A stretch of 64,000 bases of DNA, taken from the sequence record PZ452583.1. One strand, 5' to 3'. The number at the start of each line of letters is the position of its first letter. The stretch's first letter is position 1. This document shows positions 12,125-21,928 of this stretch, piece after piece. The stretch is from a phage. The position numbers were made by a program, and so were the translations under genes. The notes beneath the pieces are model-generated. The model was not told the DNA's origin, did no database searches, and was given only the letters and a program-made list of their open reading frames with translations.

Positions 12125-12805
12125 TTATTTTAATGTTACGAAAGAAGAATTGCGTGTTTCACGAATTAGAACTGATCCGTCGCGGTTAATGTAATAAATT
12201 AAGCTAAATAAAGTTTGGTGTGCTGACGCATGTTCAAAACTAGTTGGGTGAGATTTCCAATCAGGAGTTTCAGCAATCCATTGATAAATCCACCAAGGAA
12301 CAGTGCAGAATCCTGGATTTTTTCCAATCAGCTGAAGATTCGGGCTAAAGTTTTCCGGAAGAGTAAATACAGACGGCTTTTCAGATTCAATAATCTCAGC
12401 TACAGCTTGTTCGAATTTTTCTTCAACAAAAGGAGTGTCTTCAATCAAAACATCAGTATTTTCAGGAATTTTATCCGTTTCTACTACTTCAATTTTAATG
12501 TCAGATTTAACTGGAGAATCAATCAGAAGTGCTGCTTCTGGATTGACTTCTTCATCGTCATATTTTAATCCCTCTGCGGCATCAGCAGCATCAATTAAGT
12601 CTTTAATAGATAACCCATCAGTCTCTGGCATAGGTTCACTAGCGAGCTTCTGGAGGGCTTCTTCAATATCAACAACGATATTATCAAAAGATTTATTCTT
12701 TTTGACCTTTATACCAAACTGTTCAGCATATTCAGCTAATTTAGCTTTAGCTTCTTTATTATCATCAAGAGCCTTCAGCTCTGCAATATAATCTTTATCT
12801 ATCAT
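12125..12805 (-). CDS. inh: prohead protease inhibitor Inh
   Basis: 226-aa ORF in T4 inh position between hoc and uvsW. Confidence 0.75.
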   Translation of the reverse strand: MIDKDYIAELKALDDNKEAKAKLAEYAEQFGIKVKKNKSFDNIVVDIEEALQKLASEPMPETDGLSIKDLIDAADAAEGLKYDDEEVNPEAALLIDSPVKSDIKIEVVETDKIPENTDVLIEDTPFVEEKFEQAVAEIIESEKPSVFTLPENFSPNLQLIGKNPGFCTVPWWIYQWIAETPDWKSHPTSFEHASAHQTLFSLIYYINRDGSVLIRETRNSSFVTLK

Positions 12806-12818
12806 AATATTTCCTCAG

Positions 12819-12826
12819 TATAAATA
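12819..12826 (+). promoter_or_regulatory. late promoter for uvsW
   Basis: exact TATAAATA about 30 nt upstream of start. Confidence 0.6.
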
Positions 12827-12855
12827 TAGATATATTTATTACATGGTATTTAGAC

Positions 12856-14367
12856 ATGACTGACATTAAAGTACATTTTTATGATTTTAGTCACGTGAGA
12901 ATTGATTGTGAAGAAAGTACATTTCATGAACTCCGTGATTTCTTTAGCTTTGAAGCTGATGGGTATCGTTTTAATCCGAAGTACAAATATGGCCACTGGG
13001 ATGGACGAATCCGTCTTTTAGATTATAATCGACTTCTTCCATTCGGCTTAGTCGGGCAAATTAAAAAGTTCTGTGATAACTTTGGCTATAAAGCCTGGAT
13101 TGACCCGCAAATTAACGAAAAAGAAGAATTATCAAGAAAAGATTTTGATGAATGGCTTTCTAAATTAGAAATCTATTCAGGAAATAAAAGAATTGAACCA
13201 CACTGGTATCAAAAAGATGCAGTGTTCGAAGGATTAGTTAATCGTCGTAGAATTCTTAATCTTCCAACATCTGCAGGTAAATCTTTAATTCAAGCTTTGC
13301 TTGCGCGATATTATTTGGAAAATTATGAAGGTAAAATTCTTATCATTGTTCCAACAACTGCTCTGACAACTCAGATGGCTGATGACTTCGTTGACTATCG
13401 TTTATTCAGTCATGCAATGATAAAGAAAATTGGTGGCGGAGCATCAAAAGATGATAAATATAAAAATGATGCACCAGTCGTTGTTGGTACATGGCAAACT
13501 GTAGTAAAACAACCAAAAGAATGGTTCTCACAGTTTGGAATGATGATGAATGATGAATGCCATCTTGCTACAGGAAAAAGTATTTCATCTATCATATCAG
13601 GTTTAAATAACTGCATGTTCAAATTTGGTCTATCTGGTTCATTACGTGATGGCAAAGCCAATATCATGCAGTATGTTGGAATGTTTGGTGAAATATTTAA
13701 GCCAGTAACGACTTCTAAGTTAATGGAAGATGGACAAGTAACTGAGCTAAAAATTAATAGTATTTTTCTTCGCTATCCCGATGAGTTCACTACTAAATTA
13801 AAGGGAAAAACTTATCAAGAAGAAATAAAAATTATTACGGGGCTTAGTAAAAGAAATAAATGGATCGCTAAATTAGCTATTAAGCTTGCGCAAAAAGATG
13901 AAAACGCTTTTGTCATGTTTAAACATGTATCACATGGTAAAGCTATTTTCGATTTAATTAAAAATGAATACGATAAAGTTTATTACGTATCAGGGGAAGT
14001 TGATACCGAAACCCGCAATATAATGAAAACCTTAGCTGAAAATGGTAAAGGAATAATTATAGTAGCTAGTTATGGTGTATTTTCTACTGGTATTTCAGTT
14101 AAAAATCTGCATCACGTTGTTTTAGCGCACGGTGTTAAATCAAAAATCATTGTATTACAAACAATCGGTCGTGTATTACGTAAGCATGGTTCTAAGACAA
14201 TAGCAACCGTCTGGGACCTCATAGATGATTGTGGCGTTAAGCCAAAATCTGCTAATACGAAAAAGAAATATGTTCATTTGAACTATCTTTTAAAACACGG
14301 CATTGATCGTATTCAGCGCTACGCAGATGAAAAATTCAATTACGTAATGAAAACAGTTAATTTATAA
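12856..14367 (+). CDS. uvsW: UvsW RNA-DNA and DNA-DNA helicase
   Basis: 503-aa ORF with SF2 helicase motifs (Walker A region PTSAGKS, DECH box); late promoter 12819-12826. Confidence 0.95.
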   Translation: MTDIKVHFYDFSHVRIDCEESTFHELRDFFSFEADGYRFNPKYKYGHWDGRIRLLDYNRLLPFGLVGQIKKFCDNFGYKAWIDPQINEKEELSRKDFDEWLSKLEIYSGNKRIEPHWYQKDAVFEGLVNRRRILNLPTSAGKSLIQALLARYYLENYEGKILIIVPTTALTTQMADDFVDYRLFSHAMIKKIGGGASKDDKYKNDAPVVVGTWQTVVKQPKEWFSQFGMMMNDECHLATGKSISSIISGLNNCMFKFGLSGSLRDGKANIMQYVGMFGEIFKPVTTSKLMEDGQVTELKINSIFLRYPDEFTTKLKGKTYQEEIKIITGLSKRNKWIAKLAIKLAQKDENAFVMFKHVSHGKAIFDLIKNEYDKVYYVSGEVDTETRNIMKTLAENGKGIIIVASYGVFSTGISVKNLHHVVLAHGVKSKIIVLQTIGRVLRKHGSKTIATVWDLIDDCGVKPKSANTKKKYVHLNYLLKHGIDRIQRYADEKFNYVMKTVNL

Positions 14368-14392
14368 GGGCTTCGGCCCTTTGGAGAAAAAG

Positions 14393-14623
14393 ATGTTACT
14401 AGAATTTAAACAATTTCTTTATGAAGCTTCTATTGATGAATTTATGGGTAAAATTGCCTCTTGTCAAACATTAGAAGGTTTAGAAGAACTTGAAGCTTAT
14501 TATAAGAAAAGAGTTAAAGAAACTGAATTAAAAGATACTGATGACATCTCAGTCAGAGATGCTTTGGCAGGAAAAAGAGCTGAATTAGAAGATTCAGACG
14601 ATGAAGTAGAAGAAAGCTTTTAA
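14393..14623 (+). CDS. uvsW.1: UvsW.1 small acidic protein
   Basis: 76 aa from ATG 14393 with SD GGAG (ORF track begins at a TTG at 14381); separated from uvsW by a stop codon and a hairpin. Confidence 0.8.
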   Translation: MLLEFKQFLYEASIDEFMGKIASCQTLEGLEELEAYYKKRVKETELKDTDDISVRDALAGKRAELEDSDDEVEESF

Positions 14624-14655
14624 ATTAAAAAAGGCCCAACCAAAAAGGAAGGGCC
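14624..14655 (-). terminator. terminator at the end of the uvsY transcription unit
   Basis: GGCCC...GGGCC hairpin then minus-strand TTTTTTAATTT. Confidence 0.45.
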
Positions 14656-14678
14656 AAAACTATAGACTAAAGGTCACA

Positions 14679-14846
14679 CTATAGCAAAAGTTGTGTTTCA
14701 TTTAATTGTTCTTCCGAACTTTCTGAAACTGGTAGTTCTTTAATGTAATTATAGCAAGGCCCAGGATGTACAGGACCTTTGTCTGTTTCAACAACCAATG
14801 CAGAATCGATTGGAGTTTTACAGACAACACAAATCTTATCTGACAT
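14679..14846 (-). CDS. small Cys-rich protein (T4 uvsY.-2 position)
   Basis: 55-aa ORF below ORF-track cutoff, found by manual translation (MSDKICVVCKTPIDS...); SD AGAGGAGA 7 nt upstream; CxxC...C motif. Confidence 0.6.
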   Translation of the reverse strand: MSDKICVVCKTPIDSALVVETDKGPVHPGPCYNYIKELPVSESSEEQLNETQLLL

Positions 14847-14871
14847 GATTGTCTCCTCTGAATTATATATC

Positions 14872-14879
14872 TATTTATA
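14872..14879 (-). promoter_or_regulatory. candidate late promoter for the uvsY.-2-position ORF
   Basis: TATAAATA on minus strand inside the 3' end of the upstream ORF. Confidence 0.4.
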
Positions 14880-15099
14880 CAACTCTCATATGCATATCAA
14901 TGCCCATATCTTTAGAATAAAAATATTCATCAAGATATCCGGCAAATTTTCCTTTAATATAAAGGACATCTTCACCACACGGGTGGTCGGCCAGGATACG
15001 AATATCCTGACGCTTAAGATTATGCTTTTTCATTAAGAATTGAATTTCCGTTTCAAATTCTTCTTCATAATTAAAAGCATCATCAATGCTATATCTCAT
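14875..15099 (-). CDS. hypothetical protein (T4 uvsY.-1 position)
   Basis: 74-aa ORF translationally coupled to uvsY. Confidence 0.65.
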   Translation of the reverse strand: MRYSIDDAFNYEEEFETEIQFLMKKHNLKRQDIRILADHPCGEDVLYIKGKFAGYLDEYFYSKDMGIDMHMRVV

Positions 15100-15512
15100 T
15101 ATTTTCCAGCCTCAAATGCCCGCATGTCTTGAATATGCTTAATAGCAAATCCGCGTGATTTGATAGCATCAAGAGCTCCGCTACAGAAATCCAATAAAAT
15201 CCCCCAATACTGTAACGAGGTATCAACCTTTAAAACATCCTTATCAGCTGATAGAACTGTTTTCATTTCTGATTTCTCGTAACGATCCATACTAAATTCA
15301 TCACCATCTCCTCGTCCCGAGTAGTAGTCTAATTTAGCTTTAAGGGCAACTTTTTTCTGTGCATCAATTCTAAGCATTTCCTTTTTAATACTTGAATGCT
15401 TATTAAGCCATTTACTATATAACATCACATTATTAGCTGCTTCATACTGTAATTTAGTCGAATCTATAAACACATCTTTCTTCAATTCTTCTTGAAGATC
15501 TTCTAATCTCAT
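15099..15512 (-). CDS. uvsY: recombination mediator UvsY
   Basis: 137-aa ORF, T4 UvsY length and sequence; MotA-box middle promoter upstream. Confidence 0.9.
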   Translation of the reverse strand: MRLEDLQEELKKDVFIDSTKLQYEAANNVMLYSKWLNKHSSIKKEMLRIDAQKKVALKAKLDYYSGRGDGDEFSMDRYEKSEMKTVLSADKDVLKVDTSLQYWGILLDFCSGALDAIKSRGFAIKHIQDMRAFEAGK

Positions 15513-15552
15513 ATTGTTCTCTATTCAATTGTTATTGGATGGACTTAGATTC

Positions 15553-15578
15553 ATTATACCACGTTTATACGTGAAGCA
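15553..15578 (-). promoter_or_regulatory. MotA-dependent middle promoter for uvsY
   Basis: minus strand ATGCTTCA (MotA box), 13-nt spacer, then TATAAT. Confidence 0.45.
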
Positions 15579-15977
15579 TTATACTCTATTACTGGAAGCC
15601 AGTTGTAGTTTTATCTGCTCAATATCATCAGGGTTATCGATGACTGAAAAGCGTATTTCTACTATCAAAGTATAATCATCATAAACCGGTATTACATTAA
15701 CTGCTAATTTATCAATACGTGGCTCATAGTTTCTTACTGCGCTTTCGATATTACGCTCAACCGTGTCAGCAGTAAGAGGAGTCATATTCTCAAAAAGTTG
15801 GTCAGATAAATCGCATCCAAATTCAGGGTCAAACGGTCTTGAACCTTTTCTTGTTGTAATAATTCCTAAAAGACTATTTTTAATTGACCTTAATCCAAGT
15901 GATCTTGAAACGTCTTTGTTCCAATCCATTTTCATCTCTGGGTCAATATCAGAATAAAGCTTATTAATATTTGCCAT
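15579..15977 (-). CDS. 25: baseplate wedge protein gp25
   Basis: 132-aa ORF, T4 gp25-like (lysozyme-like fold family). Confidence 0.92.
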   Translation of the reverse strand: MANINKLYSDIDPEMKMDWNKDVSRSLGLRSIKNSLLGIITTRKGSRPFDPEFGCDLSDQLFENMTPLTADTVERNIESAVRNYEPRIDKLAVNVIPVYDDYTLIVEIRFSVIDNPDDIEQIKLQLASSNRV

Positions 15978-16603
15978 TACAATAGCTCAAAGAATTCTTT
16001 GAGTCCTCTTATTACATGAGCGTGAGTTTTTCCACACTCTGGACACTTAATTGGAACAGCCAAATAAACAGTAGGCTTTAAAAGCATATCTTTTATAGCT
16101 ACAATATCTGACTCTGTGATGATAGAATATAAATCTTCCAATTCTTTTTCATTTAAGTCTTCAACTGGAATGCTTTCACCGTTAGCATGAATCGTTTCTA
16201 TACATGATACTATCATGCGGGCTATATTTTTATCATCAAAAATTTTAGGGTAATGGAATTTAATTTTAATGTCACCCAGTGTATACCAGAGGTCTTCTGG
16301 TGCATCTATTTGTGTATGTAATAGATTTATATGGGTTGGTATTTCAGTTCCACAGGTGCACTTCCAAAAGTTTTCGTGATTAACTTCACCAAGAGAATGC
16401 GCCCATAAATGAATCAGTAATAGTTCTGATTCTTGGCGGTTTAAATCTTTTGCATTTGTACAGTCTTTGATTAGCTTTTTAACAATCTCTTCTACTGAAC
16501 CATTCTTTTTAGCAGTAATAAGTTCTAGATATTCTTTAAGAGTAAATGCGCGACAGTTGATTATTTTAGAACCAACTCTCACATCAAATTTGTATTCATA
16601 CAT
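15977..16603 (-). CDS. 26: baseplate hub protein gp26
   Basis: 208-aa ORF coupled to gene 25; late promoter on minus strand just upstream. Confidence 0.9.
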   Translation of the reverse strand: MYEYKFDVRVGSKIINCRAFTLKEYLELITAKKNGSVEEIVKKLIKDCTNAKDLNRQESELLLIHLWAHSLGEVNHENFWKCTCGTEIPTHINLLHTQIDAPEDLWYTLGDIKIKFHYPKIFDDKNIARMIVSCIETIHANGESIPVEDLNEKELEDLYSIITESDIVAIKDMLLKPTVYLAVPIKCPECGKTHAHVIRGLKEFFELL

Positions 16604-16618
16604 ATTTAGCTCCTTTAT

Positions 16619-16626
16619 TTATCATA
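16619..16626 (-). promoter_or_regulatory. late promoter for genes 26-25 (divergent, overlapping the gene 51 promoter)
   Basis: TATAAATA on minus strand; SD AAGGAG and gene 26 ATG directly downstream. Confidence 0.65.
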
Positions 16627-16630
16627 TTTA
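16623..16630 (+). promoter_or_regulatory. late promoter for gene 51
   Basis: exact TATAAATA. Confidence 0.7.
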
Positions 16631-16653
16631 TAAATAGAATAAAAGGAGCATCT

Positions 16654-17406
16654 ATGGCAAACATTATTCGTTGTAAATTACCAGATGGTGTTCATCGTTT
16701 TAAACCATTTACGGTAGAAGATTATCGAGATTTTTTGTTAGTTCGAAACGATATAGAACATCGGTCACCACAAGAACAAAAAGAAGTAATTGCTGATTTA
16801 ATTGCTGATTATTTTGGAGACTATCCAAAGACTTGGCAACCATTTATATTTTTGCAGGTATTTGTAGGGTCAATAGGTAAAACTAAAGTACCAGTCACAT
16901 TCATATGTCCAAAATGTAAAAAAGAAAAGACAGTTCCATTTGAAATATATCAAAAAGAATTAAAGGAACCTATTTTTGATGTAGCTAATGTTAAAATTAA
17001 ATTAAATTTTCCTTCTGAGTTTTATGAAAATAAAGCAAAGATGATTACTGAAAATATTCATTCTGTTCAAGTCGATGAAATGTGGTATGATTGGAAGGAA
17101 ATTAGTGAATCAAGTCAAATAGAACTTGTTGACGCCATCGAGATAGAAACATTAGAAAAAATTCTCGATGCAATGAATCCTATTAATTTAACATTGCACA
17201 TGTCGTGTTGTGATAAGTACATTAAAAAATACACTGATATAGTAGATGTGTTTAAGCTATTAGTTAATCCAGATGAGATATTTACTTTTTATCAAATTAA
17301 TCACACGCTTGTAAAAAGTAATTATAGCTTAAATTCAATAATGAAAATGATTCCTGCCGAGCGCGGATTCGTATTAAAACTGATTGAGAAGGATAAACAT
17401 CAATGA
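16654..17406 (+). CDS. 51: baseplate hub assembly catalyst gp51
   Basis: 250-aa ORF divergent from gene 26; late promoter 16623-16630. Confidence 0.9.
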   Translation: MANIIRCKLPDGVHRFKPFTVEDYRDFLLVRNDIEHRSPQEQKEVIADLIADYFGDYPKTWQPFIFLQVFVGSIGKTKVPVTFICPKCKKEKTVPFEIYQKELKEPIFDVANVKIKLNFPSEFYENKAKMITENIHSVQVDEMWYDWKEISESSQIELVDAIEIETLEKILDAMNPINLTLHMSCCDKYIKKYTDIVDVFKLLVNPDEIFTFYQINHTLVKSNYSLNSIMKMIPAERGFVLKLIEKDKHQ

Positions 17407-18575
17407 GTATGTTACAACGTCCTGGATATCCAAATCTCAGCGTTAAATTATTTGAGAGTTATGACGCTTGGAGTAATAATAGATTTGTTGAATTAGCTGC
17501 TACTATTACCACATTAACTATGCGTGACTCTCTTTATGGTCGAAATGAAGGAATGCTACAATTTTATGATTCTAAAAACATTCATACAAAAATGGATGGA
17601 AATGAAATAATTCAGATTTCTGTAGCTAATGCAAACGATATTAATAATGTTAAAACCCGAATTTATGGATGCAAGCATTTTTCCGTGTCAGTAGATTCAA
17701 AAGGCGATAACATCATTGCTATTGAATTAGGAACTATTCATTCTATAGAAAATCTTAAATTTGGTAGACCATTTTTCCCTGATGCCGGTGAATCTATAAA
17801 GGAAATGCTTGGCGTAATTTATCAAGATCGTACATTATTAACTCCAGCGATAAATGCTATTAATGCTTATGTTCCTGATATTCCATGGACTAGCACATTT
17901 GAAAACTATTTGTCATATGTAAGAGAAGTTGCTCTAGCGGTAGGAAGCGATAAGTTCGTATTTGTATGGCAAGACATCATGGGAGTTAACATGATGGACT
18001 ATGATATGATGATAAATCAAGAACCATATCCAATGATTGTAGGTGAGCCAACTTTAATAGGTCAATTCGTCCAAGAATTGAAATATCCATTAGCATATGA
18101 TTTTGTTTGGTTGACTAAATCAAACCCGCATAAACGCGATCCAATGAAAAATGCTACTATCTATGCTCATTCATTTTTAGATTCTTCATTACCAATGATT
18201 ACTACAGGAAAGGGTGAAAACTCTATTGTAGTGTCAAGGTCAGGTGCTTATTCTGAAATGACTTATAGAAATGGATATGAAGAAGCTATTCGTCTTCAGA
18301 CTATGGCGCAGTATGATGGTTACGCTAAATGTTCTACTGTCGGTAATTTTAACTTGACTCCTGGCGTTAAAATTATTTTTAATGATAGTAAAAACCAATT
18401 TAAAACAGAATTTTACGTTGATGAAGTTATTCACGAATTATCAAATAATAATTCCGTAACTCATCTTTATATGTTCACTAATGCAACGAAACTGGAAACA
18501 ATCGACCCAGTTAAGGTTAAAAATGAATTTAAAACTGATACTACCACTGAAGAAAGTAGTTCTTCCGATAAGTAA
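17403..18575 (+). CDS. 27: baseplate hub protein gp27
   Basis: 390-aa ORF, T4 gp27-like. Confidence 0.93.
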   Translation: MSMLQRPGYPNLSVKLFESYDAWSNNRFVELAATITTLTMRDSLYGRNEGMLQFYDSKNIHTKMDGNEIIQISVANANDINNVKTRIYGCKHFSVSVDSKGDNIIAIELGTIHSIENLKFGRPFFPDAGESIKEMLGVIYQDRTLLTPAINAINAYVPDIPWTSTFENYLSYVREVALAVGSDKFVFVWQDIMGVNMMDYDMMINQEPYPMIVGEPTLIGQFVQELKYPLAYDFVWLTKSNPHKRDPMKNATIYAHSFLDSSLPMITTGKGENSIVVSRSGAYSEMTYRNGYEEAIRLQTMAQYDGYAKCSTVGNFNLTPGVKIIFNDSKNQFKTEFYVDEVIHELSNNNSVTHLYMFTNATKLETIDPVKVKNEFKTDTTTEESSSSDK

Positions 18576-19056
18576 TAAAGAAGTTTCTATTCCTAAGATG
18601 GGTCTTAAACATTATAACATTTTAAAAGATGTTAAAGGTCCTGATGAAAATTTAAAGCTTCTTATTGATTCTATTTGTCCAAATTTATCACCGGCAGAAG
18701 TTGATTTCGTTTCTATTCATTTGCTAGAATTTAATGGAAAGATTAAATCTCGTAAAGAAATAGATGGTTATACTTATGATATTAATGACGTTTATGTATG
18801 CCAAAGATTGGAATTTCAATACCAAGGAAATACATTTTATTTTAGACCGCCTGGAAAATTTGAACAATTTTTAACTGTGAGCGATATGTTATCCAAATGC
18901 TTGCTTAAGGTCAATGATGAAGTTAAAGAAATTAATTTTCTTGAGATGCCAGCATTTGTTTTAAAATGGGCAAATGATATTTCTACAACTTTAGCAATTC
19001 CTGGCCCTAATGGTCCAATAACCGGAATTGGCAATATTATTGGATTATTTGAATGA
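18523..19056 (+). CDS. 28: baseplate hub distal protein gp28
   Basis: ORF track 18481-19056; internal ATG at 18523 gives a 177-aa T4 gp28-length product; overlaps the end of gene 27. Confidence 0.8.
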   Translation: MNLKLILPLKKVVLPISNKEVSIPKMGLKHYNILKDVKGPDENLKLLIDSICPNLSPAEVDFVSIHLLEFNGKIKSRKEIDGYTYDINDVYVCQRLEFQYQGNTFYFRPPGKFEQFLTVSDMLSKCLLKVNDEVKEINFLEMPAFVLKWANDISTTLAIPGPNGPITGIGNIIGLFE

Positions 19057-20825
19057 AAAAGCCACAAGAAATGCAAACGATGCGTAGAAAAGTTATTTCA
19101 GATAATAAACCAACACAGGAAGCGGCTAAATCCGCTTCTAATACTTTATCTGGTCTTAATGACATTTCTACAAAATTAGATGATGCTCAAGCTGCCTCTG
19201 AATTAATAGCTCAGACTGTTGAAGAAAAATCAAATGAAATAGTTGGAGCAATTGATAACGTTGAAAGCGCAGTAAGTGATACTACTGCCGGTTCTGAGTT
19301 AATTGCTGAAACTGTTGAAATTGGAAACAATATTAATAAAGAAATCGGTGAATCGCTCGGAAGCAAATTAGATAAATTAACAAGTTTACTGGAACAAAAA
19401 ATTCAGACAGCTGGAATTCAGCAAACTGGAACGAGTTTAGCAGTAGTCGAAAATGCTATTCCTGTTAAAGTCGTCGAGGATGATACAGCTGAATCTGTGG
19501 GTCCTTTATTACCGGCTCCTGAAGCAGTTAATAATGATCCTGATGCTGATTTTTTCCCTACTCCTCAGCCAATTGAACCAAAACAAGAGTCTCCAGAAGA
19601 GAAGCAAAAAAGAGACGCATTTAACTTAAAAATATCTAATGCATTAGATAAATTAACAAAGACAGTTGATTTCGGATTTAAGAAATCTATTTCAATTACT
19701 GATAAAATATCTAGCATGCTATTTAAGTATACCGTCAGTGCTGCTATTGAAGCTGCTAAAATGGTTGCATTGATAATGGCTGTTGTTATTGGAATAGACC
19801 TGCTGATGGTTCATTTTAAATACTGGTCAGATAAATTTTCAAAAGCCTGGGATTTATTTAGCACTGATTTTAAAACTTTCTCAAGCGAAACAGGAACTTG
19901 GGGTCCTTTATTACAAAGCATCTTTGAATCTATTGATGAAATTAAAAAGTTCTGGGAAGCTGGAGATTGGGGCGGATTAACAGTAGCTATTGTTGAAGGG
20001 CTTGGAAGTGTTCTTTATAATTTAGGAGAGCTTATTCAATTAGGTATGGCTAAATTATCTGCAGCAATTCTTCGAGTCATTCCTGGCATGAAGGATACTG
20101 CTGATGAAGTAGAAGGAAGAGCATTAGAAAATTTCCAAAATTCTACTGGAGCATCTCTTAATAAAGAAGACCAAGAAAAAGTAGCAAATTATCAAGATAA
20201 ACGAATGAATGATGATCTTGGCCCAATAGCAAAAGGATTAGACAAAATTGCGAACTGGAAAACTCGTGCATCTAACTGGATTCGTGGTGTAGATAATAAA
20301 GAAGCATTGACTACTGACGAAGAACGTGCAGCAGAAGAAGAAAAATTAAAACAGCTTTCACCGGAAGAAAGAAAAAATGCTTTAATGAAAGCTAATGAAG
20401 CTCGTGCTGCGATGATTCGTTTTGAAAAATACGCTGATTCAGCTGATATGAGCAAAGACTCGACAGTTAAATCAATTGAAGCTGCTCATGAAGACCTTAA
20501 AAAACGAATGAATGATCCGGATTTAAATAATTCACCAGCAGTTAAAAAAGAACTTGCTTCTAGATTTGCTAAAATTGATGCCACTTATCAAGAGCTCAAG
20601 AAAAATCAACCTGAAGCAAAACCTGAAACTTCTGCTAAATCACCAGAAGCAAAACAGGTCCAGGTGATTGAAAAGAACAAAGCACAACAAGCTCCTGTTC
20701 AACAAGCATCTCCTTCAATCAATAATACTAATAATGTTATTAAGAAAAATACTGTCGTTCATAATATGACACCTGTCACAAGCACAACTGCTCCTGGTGT
20801 ATTTGGTGCGACGGGAGTTAATTAA
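19053..20825 (+). CDS. 29: tail tape measure / baseplate hub protein gp29
   Basis: 590-aa ORF, T4 gp29 length and character. Confidence 0.92.
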   Translation: MKKPQEMQTMRRKVISDNKPTQEAAKSASNTLSGLNDISTKLDDAQAASELIAQTVEEKSNEIVGAIDNVESAVSDTTAGSELIAETVEIGNNINKEIGESLGSKLDKLTSLLEQKIQTAGIQQTGTSLAVVENAIPVKVVEDDTAESVGPLLPAPEAVNNDPDADFFPTPQPIEPKQESPEEKQKRDAFNLKISNALDKLTKTVDFGFKKSISITDKISSMLFKYTVSAAIEAAKMVALIMAVVIGIDLLMVHFKYWSDKFSKAWDLFSTDFKTFSSETGTWGPLLQSIFESIDEIKKFWEAGDWGGLTVAIVEGLGSVLYNLGELIQLGMAKLSAAILRVIPGMKDTADEVEGRALENFQNSTGASLNKEDQEKVANYQDKRMNDDLGPIAKGLDKIANWKTRASNWIRGVDNKEALTTDEERAAEEEKLKQLSPEERKNALMKANEARAAMIRFEKYADSADMSKDSTVKSIEAAHEDLKKRMNDPDLNNSPAVKKELASRFAKIDATYQELKKNQPEAKPETSAKSPEAKQVQVIEKNKAQQAPVQQASPSINNTNNVIKKNTVVHNMTPVTSTTAPGVFGATGVN

Positions 20826-20833
20826 GGAATAAT

Positions 20834-21928
20834 ATGGCAATTGTTAAAGAAATAACTGCTGATTTAATTAAAAAGTCCGGTGAAACAATTTCAGCCGGAC
20901 AGAGTACTAAATCAGAAGTAGGAACTAAAACATACACAGCCCAGTTTCCAACTGGGCGTGCTAGTGGTAATGACACTACAGGGGACTTCCAGGTAACAGA
21001 TCTATATAAGAATGGATTATTATTTACTGCATACAATATGTCATCTAGGGATTCTGGAAGTCTTAGAACGATGAGATCTAACTACTCTTCTTCATCTTCG
21101 AGTATTTTACGTACAGCCAGAAACACTATCAGTAATACAGTATCAAAACTATCAAATGGACTAATATCAGATAATAATTCAGGAACAATAAGTAAAGTTC
21201 CTGTTGCAAATATTCTTTTACCTAGATCTAAATCTGACGTCGATACGTCATCACATAGATTTAATGATGTTCAAGATAGTCTTATTACAAAAGGCGGAGG
21301 TACTGCTACTGGTGTGCTAAGTAATATGGCTTCAACTGCAGTATTTGGTGCGCTTGAAAGTATAACACAAGGAATAATGGCTGATAATAATGAACAGATC
21401 TATACAACAGCTAGAAGTATGTATGGCGGTGCTGAAAATAGAACAAAAGTGTTCACCTGGGATTTGACTCCGCGCTCAACAGAAGATTTAATGGCTATTA
21501 TTAATATCTATCAGTATTTTAACTATTTTTCTTACGGTGAAACTGGTAAATCTCAATATGCTGCTGAAATAAAAGGATATTTAGATGAGTGGTATCGTTC
21601 TACATTTATTGAACCATTAACGCCAGAAGACGCGATTAAAAACAAGACGTTATTTGAAAAAATGACATCGAGTTTAACGAACGTTCTTGTAGTTTCAAAC
21701 CCGACAATTTGGATGGTGAAAAACTTTGGTGCAACTTCTAAATTTGATGGAAAGACTGAAGTATTCGGTCCATGCCAAATACAGAGTATTAGATTTGATA
21801 AAACACCAAATGGTAACTTTAATGGATTAGCTATTGCTCCTAACCTTCCAAGTTCTTTTACACTCGAGATTACTATGAGAGAGATTATTACGTTAAACCG
21901 TGCTTCTTTATATACGGGGACTTTCTAA
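20834..21928 (+). CDS. 48: baseplate tail tube cap gp48
   Basis: 364-aa ORF, T4 gp48-like. Confidence 0.92.
   Translation: MAIVKEITADLIKKSGETISAGQSTKSEVGTKTYTAQFPTGRASGNDTTGDFQVTDLYKNGLLFTAYNMSSRDSGSLRTMRSNYSSSSSSILRTARNTISNTVSKLSNGLISDNNSGTISKVPVANILLPRSKSDVDTSSHRFNDVQDSLITKGGGTATGVLSNMASTAVFGALESITQGIMADNNEQIYTTARSMYGGAENRTKVFTWDLTPRSTEDLMAIINIYQYFNYFSYGETGKSQYAAEIKGYLDEWYRSTFIEPLTPEDAIKNKTLFEKMTSSLTNVLVVSNPTIWMVKNFGATSKFDGKTEVFGPCQIQSIRFDKTPNGNFNGLAIAPNLPSSFTLEITMREIITLNRASLYTGTF

Noticed and set aside
12230-12791. Two plus-strand ORFs (112 and 118 aa) within inh
   Set aside because: Antisense to inh, low-complexity translations and no ribosome-binding sites.
12856-14623. Possibility that uvsW and uvsW.1 are one longer helicase gene
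   Set aside because: A TAA stop at 14365-14367 followed by a hairpin and a separate SD and ATG supports two cistrons in this sequence.
14779-15036. 85-aa plus-strand ORF
   Set aside because: Overlaps the minus-strand uvsY.-2 and uvsY.-1 position genes, which have SDs and fit synteny; no start signals for the plus frame.
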